20,792 bases of DNA from Candidatus Heimdallarchaeota archaeon. Lineage in GTDB: Archaea; Asgardarchaeota; Wukongarchaeia; Wukongarchaeales; JBHIFL01. The notes beneath the pieces were generated by a model. That model was given only the letters and a program-made list of their open reading frames with translations. It did not search any database and was not told where the DNA came from. The position numbers were made by a program, and so were the translations under genes. The stretch lies in the NCBI GenBank assembly GCA_046761065.1, contig JBHIFL010000070.1, positions 1-20,792 of the forward strand, written 5' to 3'. This document shows, piece after piece, positions 1 through 10,600 of this stretch. Within the stretch, counting starts at the first letter, position 1. The number at the start of each line of letters is the position of its first letter.

Positions 1-15
1 AAGTGAGTTCATCAT
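1..15 (-). CDS. Possible 5' end (MMNSL...) of a gene running off the left edge
   Basis: The minus strand reads ATG ATG AAC TCA CTT from 15, with a GGGGAG purine tract at about 28-33 upstream. Only five codons are visible. Confidence 0.3.
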
Positions 16-206
16 ATCTTTAGATATCTCCCCTTAATATTGGTGTAACAGAGTATTAGTTAGTCATATTTAAAAATCGTAGAAGAACAACAATTTGTTG
101 TAAAAAAATTAACAAAAAGGAACACAAAGTACCCAATTTGACTATATCTAACTACTCCTTGAGAATAAGAATAAAATTAAATTATTTCAATACTGAATAT
201 CGAAAC

Positions 207-992
207 ATGATAGAAATTCGATTCCTTAGCAATGTGGAAACAGTTCTTAAGAATCGAAGGCAACTCTTTGCCAATATTCACGATAAGCGCTATCTTACAC
301 AATATTTAGTTGATTTTCAGATCGCCATTGTCATATTCACCTTCATTTACGGGGCTTCTATGGGTCTCTATGCGGGAGGCTTACAAATTCTTTATTCCGC
401 CCTTAAGATTCCAATATTATTGTTACTTACCTTGTATATTTGCGTGCCCACATTCTACATCTTGGACAGTCTCGTTGGCGGAGTCTTATCATTACGACAA
501 ACGCTGACTCTTCTTATCGCTGGTTTTACTATCATGGTTACCATCCTTTTTGCCTTTTTACCTGTCACGCTGTTCTTTCTTCTCACCACCTCAGAATATG
601 CGTTCATTGTTCTTCTAAATGTCGCCGTATTTGGACTAGGCGGAATAGGCGCCCTCATGTATTTCCTACAAGGTTACAATACAATATACACTCTTGAAAC
701 AGAACCAGGTCCCCAAATTACTGATACTGGCCAATGCCCCTCATGTGACCAGCCTATCAGCCCAACCCAAACTTTCTGTCCTTCATGTGGCACACGCTTC
801 ATGCGCACGCCCGAAAAAGGCTTCCAAGCTTCTTCACTGCCTATTCTTATTGGTTGTTTCACCTTAATCTTTGTGGGAAACCAACTCGCGTGGATTCTCC
901 GCCCCTACTTTCACTTTTATCCGTCGTTCATTCGACCATTGGGAGGTAATTTCTACACCGCACTTTTGAAATTATTACGTTCCTTGATCTAA
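207..992 (+). CDS. Multi-pass membrane protein (about 5 TM helices) with a zinc ribbon (2x CPSC) in a loop
   Basis: ORF 138..992; the ATG at 207 (MIEIRF) is the likelier start. Hydrophobic helices include IAIVIFTFIYGASMG, ALKIPILLLLTLYICVP, FTIMVTILFAFLPVTLFF, IVLLNVAVFGLGGIG and ILIGCFTLIFVGNQLAWILRP. CPSC-x10-CPSCG lies at 735-788. Confidence 0.8.
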   Translation: MIEIRFLSNVETVLKNRRQLFANIHDKRYLTQYLVDFQIAIVIFTFIYGASMGLYAGGLQILYSALKIPILLLLTLYICVPTFYILDSLVGGVLSLRQTLTLLIAGFTIMVTILFAFLPVTLFFLLTTSEYAFIVLLNVAVFGLGGIGALMYFLQGYNTIYTLETEPGPQITDTGQCPSCDQPISPTQTFCPSCGTRFMRTPEKGFQASSLPILIGCFTLIFVGNQLAWILRPYFHFYPSFIRPLGGNFYTALLKLLRSLI

Positions 993-1486
993 CTTTAGTT
1001 GGATAAAGGAATCTATTCAGCTATGAGATTAAATCTAATAAACATATTAATTCAATGAAGTATCTTTTTCAGAGAATTGTTAAAATGCTAGCTAAAAAGC
1101 TTCCAAAATTTATGACCGTTACAGCTAGATTTGTCATTAAGATCTACTAGCCGAGGCAATAGTTGCTGTGAATTAGTCAATTTATACACGTAGGTGTAAG
1201 AACATTGCTATTTATAGAAAAAACGCCATAACATACCCTTCTATGAATGAAGGGCAAGAAACATGCTCTAACACTAATTTAGTTAGTTTAAAAATGTGAA
1301 CAGTTGCTAAGTATATTTTCGATTCATACTGATCCTAAAATACTGTTAGGTGAAATTGTTATTAAATAGGGCTGACATGTTTCTTCCCAAACTTGATCCC
1401 TAAAGATCAACAATCTTCCTACTGACAAGACTAAAAGTTATACCATGTTATCACTTAGACGGCACTAATACAATTAATGGATCCGT

Positions 1487-2056
1487 TTAGAAATTTGTGT
1501 ATCTGTCGTCCTTCCAAGGATCTGCTGTATTGCTATAGCCACGCTTTTCCCAAAATCCTAACTCTTGGATTTCCGTGAATATGATTTTATGCACCCACTT
1601 AGCGCTTTTATAGGCATATTTTTTTGGAACAACTAATCGCACTGGCCCCCCATGAACTGCTTCTAGCTCTCTATCCTCATGCTTGTAGGCAAACAATACA
1701 TCTTCATTCATTAATTCTTCAAGTGGAAGTGAAGTAGAATAGCCTCCATAACATTGGATGGTGACGAATTTGGCATTAGGCTTCGGTTTTGCAAGCTCTG
1801 TGATTGTTGTAAAGGCGATCCCTTCCCATTTGTTGTCAAACCGACTCCAACCAGTCACACAGTGAAAATCACTGGTATCAATAGTACTTGGGAGCGCTAA
1901 AAACTCTTCAAAAGTTAAATGTAAGGGGTTTTCTACTAATCCCTCAACATTGAGTTCCCATTCTTCTATAGGAATTTTTGGGATATTACCCACATGTAAC
2001 ACGGGGAATTTTGTAGTTATTGTCTGATTTGGTGGAATTCTATCTCTTTGGTCCAT
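1487..2056 (-). CDS. Sulfite oxidase-like molybdopterin-dependent oxidoreductase (YuiH/MsrP-like single domain)
   Basis: Motifs DFHCVTGWS (Mo-ligand Cys), HGGPVRLVVPKKYAYKSAKW and GFWEKRGYS; AGAGG ribosome-binding site upstream. Confidence 0.93.
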   Translation of the reverse strand: MDQRDRIPPNQTITTKFPVLHVGNIPKIPIEEWELNVEGLVENPLHLTFEEFLALPSTIDTSDFHCVTGWSRFDNKWEGIAFTTITELAKPKPNAKFVTIQCYGGYSTSLPLEELMNEDVLFAYKHEDRELEAVHGGPVRLVVPKKYAYKSAKWVHKIIFTEIQELGFWEKRGYSNTADPWKDDRYTNF

Positions 2057-2096
2057 AGTAGAACCTCTATTTAGATATTGAAGCTCTAATAATCAG

Positions 2097-2110
2097 ATGA
2101 TAAACTTTTG
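2097..2110 (-). promoter_or_regulatory. Putative archaeal BRE/TATA promoter for the molybdoprotein gene
   Basis: The minus strand reads AAAAGTTTATCA about 40-50 nt upstream of the ATG at 2056. Confidence 0.35.
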
Positions 2111-2457
2111 ATTTTAGAGAAGTTTGAAATTGGCACACGCTGCCATATTAACGTTGTGCAAATTCTAATCAGGCATAATCCATCCTAAAGTCTTTTATTT
2201 AATTTATTGGATACAAAAATCCCGTGAGAGTACATTAACTAATTTAATATGAGTCCCGCATTCTTTAAACAGATAGCATTGTTGTTTAAACTGTATAATG
2301 CTTAATTTATCATAACTCCTGTGCCTATTTATGTTTATACCCGAGATAGACAAATATTAGAAATTGATTATAATTCAGAAACAATATTAGCAAATGAAGA
2401 ATCGTCAATAATGGTTAAATCTTATCCATTGATCAATATTGTTGGACTGGATGTCTT

Positions 2458-4332
2458 ATGGATAAAGTCAAGGTCTTACTTGATACAAATTTCTTTATTT
2501 ATGTCCTTCAAGACAATCATACTAATTTTGACATCATAGGTGACACTTGTCAACGATTAGGATATGAGCTTTACACTACTAATGATGTCTGGCATGAAAT
2601 TCAGCGGCAATATATGCGAACAAAAAGCAAACCTTACATCACAGACTGGATTGATTTATCAAAGCGTAAAAGTGAGTTTACTAGTTTCCAAAGTCAAGCC
2701 AAACAATTATTAAGAAGCTTACCGCAAATCCCAGATCTTAGTTTAGTTTTTGCTGCGAAAGAGATAGGTGATAGGGAGGTTCGGATTGTGAGTAGTGATT
2801 ACAAACTACTTGATTCCATTCCGTACCTCGCTCCAGAGATTCATGGAATAGCCAACAGCGTATTTGCTTTGGAATTACATGAAAAAGAAACTGATCCGCA
2901 ACAAAAGAAAAAACTCTATCGAATTCATGAAGAAATCTATTCGAAGGAGATCGAATATAGCCTTGAGCGTAAAGAGGTTTATTATCCACTTAGTAAGATC
3001 AAACTAATTAATGAACAAGCGATTAATGTGGTAAGACAGATTCACTCGCCTCAGTTGGCACTTCCAATGTTTGCTCATGAGGAGCTTGTCGATCTCGGTC
3101 CCGGGGTTCTCCTTGTCAAATCGATCGAGAATATCCGTGAACGCGAATCGTTTGTCGAAGATATTGAAGCAGAGCGCTATGATATGGTTATCCATGAGAT
3201 AGAAGAACTTCAACAGCGTATTGATGCTGATCTTGCTGTCTACTTACTTTCACTTGATCCCACTGTATATTCCGCCCTTATTCGGCAAATAAGTGCGGAT
3301 CTCGTTTTATTCCGATATTTCTGTGCCCTGGCTCGTCTTTACCGCGGCCAAACGGGGGATATTGAAATGGCACTTCAAGAAATTGAAAAAGCCGTGGAAA
3401 TTCTCAAATACACGAGCAATCCCAGTTTGGATCTCCGAATCATCGTTCCCTTCCTTCAAAACATTTTATTAATTTTGAATGAAGAATTTGAACGCGCAGA
3501 GCAATATTTTTCGCTCCTTCAATCCAAAGCTGAAGAATGGGGCTTTGAAACCGAACTGAAAGCCAGTGAAGGGATATACTTAGCCTTAGTTGCTTTGAGA
3601 GGTTATGAATCGGCTGATATTCCAACGCTTCGAGATCCTTCTCTTGTCACCACCTTTTTGTTAGATCTAGCACGACACCAATTTGCGCGCGCGGCTTTTA
3701 CCCCAGCTGCTCAAGTTCTTCAACAAGTAGTTGCTGTTTCTACGAAATATGAGTTACAAGCTGCAATGATTGAAACGTTAAGTGCATTACTCTTATTATA
3801 TTATGCCAACCCCGACAATAAACAACTCTCTTATTCAATAATGGAGGAAATTTTTAGGATCTATAACAAAAAAGGCTGGCGCGACAATTTTATCACAAAT
3901 ATGCATAAAGAGTTGTCTGAGCCCCAAAAACCGCTATACCGTCTTCAAAAGAAAAGATTTACTTCATTGGAGCGCCTACCAAAGAAACTGACAGGATCTT
4001 GGATGGATGTGTTCTGTGTAGAAAAATTACCGGAGGAGAAAACTGTTCTTTTGTACGTTAGAAATTGGGAACTTGATGCGAACTTGGGAATCTTTGTAAA
4101 CCATCATCAAAGTCCCCTAAAAGTGACAGCCGGGGACAGAATTCGATTGGCGGCAGGGAAATATAAATGCTTGATCCCAAAGAGTGCGATTGAAAAGAAA
4201 CATTCTACTCGTTTGTGTGTAGTACCTGACGAACGGAGTGAGATTTTAACTCGTGGCAGATCCGGGTTTCGCGTATTACGTACTGTTGGATCTACCAGTA
4301 TCGAGGTTGCCCAAAAGTTCAAACAATCTTAG
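2458..4332 (+). CDS. PIN-domain ribonuclease fused to a helical (TPR-like) region and a C-terminal beta-rich domain
   Basis: PIN signature VLLDTNFF (D9), VWHEI (E47), PDLSLV (D93), IVSSDYKL (D114). Amphipathic helix pairs follow (ALQEIEKAVEI, FERAEQYFSLL, FTPAAQVLQQVV) and then a beta-rich, basic C-terminus. Confidence 0.8.
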   Translation: MDKVKVLLDTNFFIYVLQDNHTNFDIIGDTCQRLGYELYTTNDVWHEIQRQYMRTKSKPYITDWIDLSKRKSEFTSFQSQAKQLLRSLPQIPDLSLVFAAKEIGDREVRIVSSDYKLLDSIPYLAPEIHGIANSVFALELHEKETDPQQKKKLYRIHEEIYSKEIEYSLERKEVYYPLSKIKLINEQAINVVRQIHSPQLALPMFAHEELVDLGPGVLLVKSIENIRERESFVEDIEAERYDMVIHEIEELQQRIDADLAVYLLSLDPTVYSALIRQISADLVLFRYFCALARLYRGQTGDIEMALQEIEKAVEILKYTSNPSLDLRIIVPFLQNILLILNEEFERAEQYFSLLQSKAEEWGFETELKASEGIYLALVALRGYESADIPTLRDPSLVTTFLLDLARHQFARAAFTPAAQVLQQVVAVSTKYELQAAMIETLSALLLLYYANPDNKQLSYSIMEEIFRIYNKKGWRDNFITNMHKELSEPQKPLYRLQKKRFTSLERLPKKLTGSWMDVFCVEKLPEEKTVLLYVRNWELDANLGIFVNHHQSPLKVTAGDRIRLAAGKYKCLIPKSAIEKKHSTRLCVVPDERSEILTRGRSGFRVLRTVGSTSIEVAQKFKQS

Positions 4333-4337
4333 TGTCG

Positions 4338-4378
4338 TTGATAAGTCAAGTTATCAAGTGTTTTAAGCTGTTTTTTCA
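4338..4378 (+). terminator. Possible terminator after the PIN gene (inverted repeat plus T-tracts)
   Basis: TTGATAA-N6-TTATCAA at 4338-4357, followed by TTTT and TTTTTT tracts. Confidence 0.35.
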
Positions 4379-4607
4379 GTGTATTCTATTCGAAATGCAC
4401 ATATATTTCGGGGACTCGTCAATTTTCTTCTCGGGCTTCAGCGGTGTCTACTCAAAACTCATGTAAAAATATGATGATATGTGAACTTATACAGAAAAAG
4501 GGTTATTACTAGAGAACCCTTCATTATTGCAGGATAAATCTCTGAAGTAAAAGATTTTCATAGTGAGTTTACAATGCAATCACATCTACAGCTGGCACAA
4601 AGATGAC

Positions 4608-4628
4608 GTTCGAACAAGAATTATATTG
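4608..4628 (+). promoter_or_regulatory. Putative BRE/TATA promoter of the macroglobulin gene
   Basis: GTTCGAAC-AAGAA-TTATATTG lies about 30 nt upstream of the ATG at 4657. Confidence 0.35.
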
Positions 4629-4656
4629 TAGAATCTGAAGAAAATTAAAACATAGG

Positions 4657-7600
4657 ATGCGAGAAAAAATGCATATGAATAATTCAACCAAATTGATGGG
4701 ATTAGTTCTTTTAATTTTATTTTCTTTATCGATTCCCACCTCACTTAGTTTAGTTTCTGGGCAAAAGGAACCTGTTGATGAGAGTAGATCGCCTAATGCG
4801 ATTGGATTAGATACGTATACAGGTGGTTATGACAATAAACCCGCACCGCCCCTCCCTGAACAGATTGCCCCTCAGCCTCAATGGGATTTTTTGCTTAATC
4901 AGGATGTTGAACCCGTCAGACCCTGGCCCGCCGATTCAAACCTAGTCGTGAATATTGATACAGACCGAAGAACATACACCCCTGGTGATTTTATCAACTT
5001 CGTGATTTCAGTAACTTCTGAGTTTCGAGTGGTTCCCGAAGCCAAGGTGAATGTCAGTCTTTTTGAAGGGGATGCATGGTGGTGGTATGCCCCCGTTTAT
5101 TATGAATTCAAACTCCCTTCTATGCTTCAATCCATGATTCTAACTACTGATGAAAACGGCCGAGCCACAGGCAGCTTTAAAGTTGCAAAAGAAGGAGCTT
5201 ATTCAATCCATGCGGTTGTAACCGGTGGAAACATTACGCAAGAAATTTTCTCCACAGGTTATACCTATGCACAAGCTTACAAGACCATTCAAGTCTCAGA
5301 CCTTGCAACTTTCTGGCGAGTCCCATACATATGGGCCCTTGATGAAGAAATAACTAGTTATATCGTGGTACGAAAGACTGCCGACTTTTCCAAGCCAGTA
5401 ACTGATGCCAGCGTATCTATTACCCTATTCACAGGTGGAAGGTGGGAAGGAGAACCACAGACTGAAACCCTAGTCTATACTGGCTCAACAAATGCGGCTG
5501 GTCTAGTAGTAGCAAAATTTTCTGTTCCGAAACGAATCGTTACTGACGATTATTTCTCGAATTATGGTTATGCAACACTTACTGTTGAAAAGGACAATAA
5601 ATCGACACATACTACCCAATGGATCTCTCTGCTCCCCAGTTCGTCCTCTTGGGATATGTATTACGGGGAGGCTTCTTGGCCAGGGAAATATGAGTTTGTC
5701 GTAACGACTGACAAATCTGTGTACCAACCTGGTCAGTCAATCCAAACGCGTGTATTAGTTTTTGATAACTCCTATTATAATGTCTCCCGACGAGCGGCCT
5801 CAAAACTCCCTGTGATCGTTGACTTTATCGATCCCGAAGGGTTTCACGTCTCTCGCAGTCAAAGTACAACCGATGATAATGGAATCCTGACCAACGTCTT
5901 CAGTTTGGATAAAGACGCTGTACCTGGGAATTATTTACTCATTTATTCTGCAAGTGGCTCCGAAGTAACCATAAAAATCCCGGTGCGGTTCTACCAACGT
6001 CCAGCTTTTCGTGTGTCCATCGAGGCAGGGCGATACTATCAACCTGGCCAGACCATTGTTGGAAATATCACGGCAGAATATTATTTCGGGCAACCTGTCC
6101 ATGGAACATATGAAATTCACCTTTACCAACCAAGTGAAGGGATTTACTTAGAAGAGGAATCCGTTTCAATCGTTCCTGTTCCTACAGTACCTAGTAATAA
6201 TGAGTCCGAAACTCAAGAAAACGAAGCAAAATACAAGGCTATCGAACTAGCTACAGTCTCAGGGGAGTTGGATCACGATGGGTTCGGTAGATTCTCCATT
6301 CAAATTCCAAAGTCATTGGAACCGTATCCCGGGATGGGGCTTCAACTTAATGGAACGGTTACGGATGTAGCGGATCGGAAAGTGTCTACCTCCCAGATAA
6401 TCAGCGTGTCCCCTGAGATCTTTGTTTGGGCCTACGCTGACCCATTCAATGTTGAACTGGGTGAAGAGGTGATGCTCCACTTCTATGTTTCGGATGGTTG
6501 GTGGTGGCGAGGCAGCCCCCCTGCAGAGTCCTCCGTAGCTTACTCTGATATTGAGGTTCAGATCTACTCTAGACGCAATGGTAACCTGGGAAATCGGGTT
6601 TTTTCGGCTTCAACAACCACGGATCAGTTTGGGCAAGGTGAATTGGCCATTAAGCTCCCCGATGGTGTTGCAGCAGAGTACAAAGCCTTTATTGCAGTCG
6701 TTAAAGCAACAACGAAGGACGGGCGAGTTGGTGAAGGCCAAACATGGTTCCAATACTCCGTACTTGATTTTGACCTCTCCGTCACTCCAACACAAAGCAA
6801 TCCGGGTGACGAGGTGACGGTTACATTAACCTTGTCGAACAAATTAACAAGCTACCCCGAACGGGCTGAAGTTTTTGTATCTGCCCACGATTCAGATTAC
6901 GAACGGGTTGGTGAAGCTCAATTGACCCTCGACGGTATTAAATCCCTCACCATCCATCTGTCACCGTTAGCTCCGGAAGGAATGTACCAGCTCTATGCTT
7001 GGGTTGTAAATGATTACGATCCCTACCGATATGGCCTTTATCGTGACTACGGGTGGGCAGAGGCAACATTCATGGTAGGACAAATTTCTGAACTTCATAT
7101 AACCTCTGATCGTACAACTTACAATGTTGGGGAAGTAGCATCCATAAGCATAGAGACCATTTCAGCTTCGTCTGAAGAGATTCTACCAATATACTTCGAG
7201 ATCTCGAAACGTGGGCTCATGTTCATCACCATTTTAGATAGTCCAAGTGTTACGCTGGATTTACCGCTGACTTACAACCATGCACCTAAACTCTTTCTTA
7301 ATGCATTTGCCATTGGAGCTTCTGGAACCTTTTTAACGGCTTTCAGCGAGATTCAGATAGATTTTGACCTCACCGTGAATATTTCTACTAACAAAGAGAC
7401 ATATGAACCTGGTGATCAAGCAACTATTACAATAACAGTAGAAGATGGAAATGGGTTACGAATCCCTGCGTTAACAAGTTTGGTACTCGTGGATTCTTCG
7501 GTTTATGGAGTCGTTCCCGACCCTGAATGGGAAAAGGACGCGTTCATGGAGGAAGATTTCTATTCCTCCCTTACCACGAGGATAAGTTGGGTTAGTTCGC

Positions 7601-10600
7601 AAGGAGTGTACCCTTATTGGGGGATCCTGTACTACGGGGTTCCAGAGGGAGTGGGGGTCCTACGTGGAGAGGAGCAAGTCGTTGTAGAGACACTTCTGGC
7701 CACTACCACACCGGGGATGGCTTTGACTGAAGTGAAAAGTCAGGAGTTTCCCGAAGTTCAGGAAGTTGAAATTCGCAAGGAATTACCCGAATCAGCGTTT
7801 TGGTTTCCAAAACTTGTGATAGGGTCTAGCGGGGAGCGATCTCTCACGGTGAAACTCCCTGATAATATTGGTGAATGGACAATTCGGACTGTCACCAACG
7901 TCCAAGGGTATGGATCTCTTGACAAGATTACTATCACTACCTTTAAGGACTTCTTCATTGAATTGAAGCACCCTCTGTTTGTCTACCAAGACGACATGTT
8001 TGAGATTCAAGGAATTCTATACAATTATGGCCGGGATGCCTCAGCTCAAGCGAGTCTTCGGTTTGAAGGGGAAGGTCTCGCCAACTTAGTGAATGCTCCT
8101 ACTCAAATTGTCCCAGTTTTTACAAACGAAATAACAATTGTAAGCTGGTATGTTTTTGCCTCTGAACCCGGGCAGATCTACGCAATTGCCACCGCAGCGA
8201 CAAATGACGAACGGACGGATGGCCTCCAAAAGCCACTAACCATCAAACCCAATGCCGTCTTGTTCGAGGATCGCTTCGCTGGAGTTGTGAATGAAACCCA
8301 TCTCACTTATTATCTATATACGCAATCAATTCAGCATTCTGCCCGATTGACCATCGTGCCGGGCTTCACAGGGGCAGCTTTAGAAGGATGGCGGCGTTTA
8401 ATTGGATACCCTTATGGCTGCACTGAACAGACAATGTCTCGCTTGTTACCTTCTGCGCTTGTTTACAAATATCTTCAGGAAACGGGACAGCTCGACAGTG
8501 ATACTCAAACACTCATCGAAGATATGATCATTGCGGGGATAACTCGGCTGTATGCATTTCATCATCGTGATGGAGGATGGGGGTGGTGGGAGAAGGATGA
8601 ATCCAACGTCCATATGACGGCTATTGTATTATTTGGATTTGGGATCCTAAAGGAGCTTGGGTTTAGTATTGATTTCCAAATGATCAATTCGGCAATCGAT
8701 TACCTATTTCGTCAACAACATGAGGGGCATTGGTCAATGGAAGGTCGTGGCTGGGAAATAGGATCATTAGAATTGACTGCTTATATCATCCGGTCAATTC
8801 TAATTGCAGATCCTTCATACGCTTCAGAACGTCACATCAAAGACGCCTTTGCATTCCTTGAAAACGCGTGGGCGTCGTCCCGGAATCCCTATCTAGGAGC
8901 CCTTCTAGGCCAGGCCATCTTACGTACTGGAATGCATCAAACCCTATTTGAGCGAATTATTAACTACTTGGCGAGTTCTTATAATGTCGAAGGCGGCAAC
9001 ATGATCTACTGGGGGGAAACGGAGTGGTGGCACTGGCATTCCTTGGGTGGGCCTGTGGAGACCACGGCTATTGTGATCCAGTTGCTCCTAGAAGCGGAAC
9101 GCACCGAATATTTTCTACATGTAAATCGCGCTGCTAATTGGCTTATGTCTCGCCAGAACCGCTTTGGCTGGGGCACCACCGCAGATACAAGTGCGGCAAT
9201 CCTAGCCATTACGACGCTAGCAAAACTGGGCGGCGCTGACATTGATAATACGGTCTATATCACCGAAAATGGACAGTTAACTCATGAATTCCACTTTACA
9301 TCGGCTTCCCAAGCTCAACGGGTTCGGCTTAGTCCACAAGTGGGGCTAAACACCGTTGAACTTGAAAAAGACGGGATTGGAATAATCTTCTATCATCTCG
9401 AAATATCAAGTTATGTTCGAACCGAGCTTCAACTAAAGAGTCCTTCCACACTAGAAGTCACTGTAAACACTTCATTCCCATTGTTAATTGACCTTCAATT
9501 TGATGAAACAAGTCCAGTCCTGCCAGTTGATGTTGTGGTTCATCTAGAGGAATGGGACGACTCTCTAGAATTAGTGTCCGATCCTAAAATTCACTTTGCC
9601 CAGCTATCCTCATCAACAGGCGTCAATTTTTATTTTGCTCCAAAAGAGACTGGGACCTTCCTGATAAATCGAATCCGGGTACAATACAACCTTGCTTGTC
9701 GCGAAGAGTTGTCGAACCGTGCTCCGGCTACCCTTTCCCAGACCCATGGTCCCATAACAATCAGAGTGCAAAAACAAAGTTCCACGCCCACGCAAACCCA
9801 ACAGGTATGGTTCTCTTCTTTCCAATTCAATCAACTGAAAACCCAGAGAGGGGCCCAACAAAGTACAGGCAAAAGCACAATAACTATTGCTAGGACTTAT
9901 TCAAAGTCAACAGGAATTAAGATTGGAGAAACCATCTTTGTCACAATTTTGATTACAAACGAATTGGACCAACTCATGTCCTATTTAGTGGTCGAAGAAC
10001 CCCTCTTGCCGTGGTTTGCCCTTGATGAATATTCGTTGCATTCTAGTGAGTACAGTTGGACGGTTACAAGTGACCAGTTGACCTTCTTTATTCCTTCCCT
10101 CGAAAGCGGGCAGGATGCAAAAATCGAATATGGAATCATCGCAATTGGAAATGGAGATGTTAGCGCCGCAGCCACAGTAGTTTCCTCTATGTATAGTGCC
10201 TTGGTATACTATGGCACTCCAAATCGACTGATCACTGTGGATATTCCCCTAGTGACCTTTACGAATGGGATTCCACGCCTTGATACTACTCCTCCGATTA
10301 TTTCTGATGTAAAAATTTCTAACACACAACCAAAAGTCTCAGAACGAGTCAAAATCAGTGCACACGTAGTGGATGATCAGGCGGTACAAGATGTTCTGCT
10401 ATGGTACAAATCAGAACACGAAACGGCATGGAACAAACAGTTAATGACACTAACTTCTTCGGTGGAACCGTTATATACCATAGAGCTTCAGTTCAAAACT
10501 GAAGGCTCCATTTTAATCCTCATCCAAGCAGTAGATTGGGCGCAAAACAGCAATTCAACAGACGAATATCGATTGATTGTAGAAGGCGGTAAAAGAGGAA

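Noticed and set aside
993-1486. About 490-bp AT-rich gap with small palindromes (e.g. TTGATC-N6-GATCAA near 1393-1410)
   Set aside because: It has no ORF, no repeat-spacer periodicity and no tRNA-like fold, and lies between convergent genes.
2321-2539. 72-aa ORF overlapping the PIN gene start, considered as an antitoxin
   Set aside because: It is AT-rich with no RBS or DNA-binding motif and overlaps the PIN gene by 82 nt, so it is probably spurious.
5503-10175. Many short ORFs within or antisense to the macroglobulin gene
   Set aside because: They have no motifs and are expected by-products of a long coding frame.
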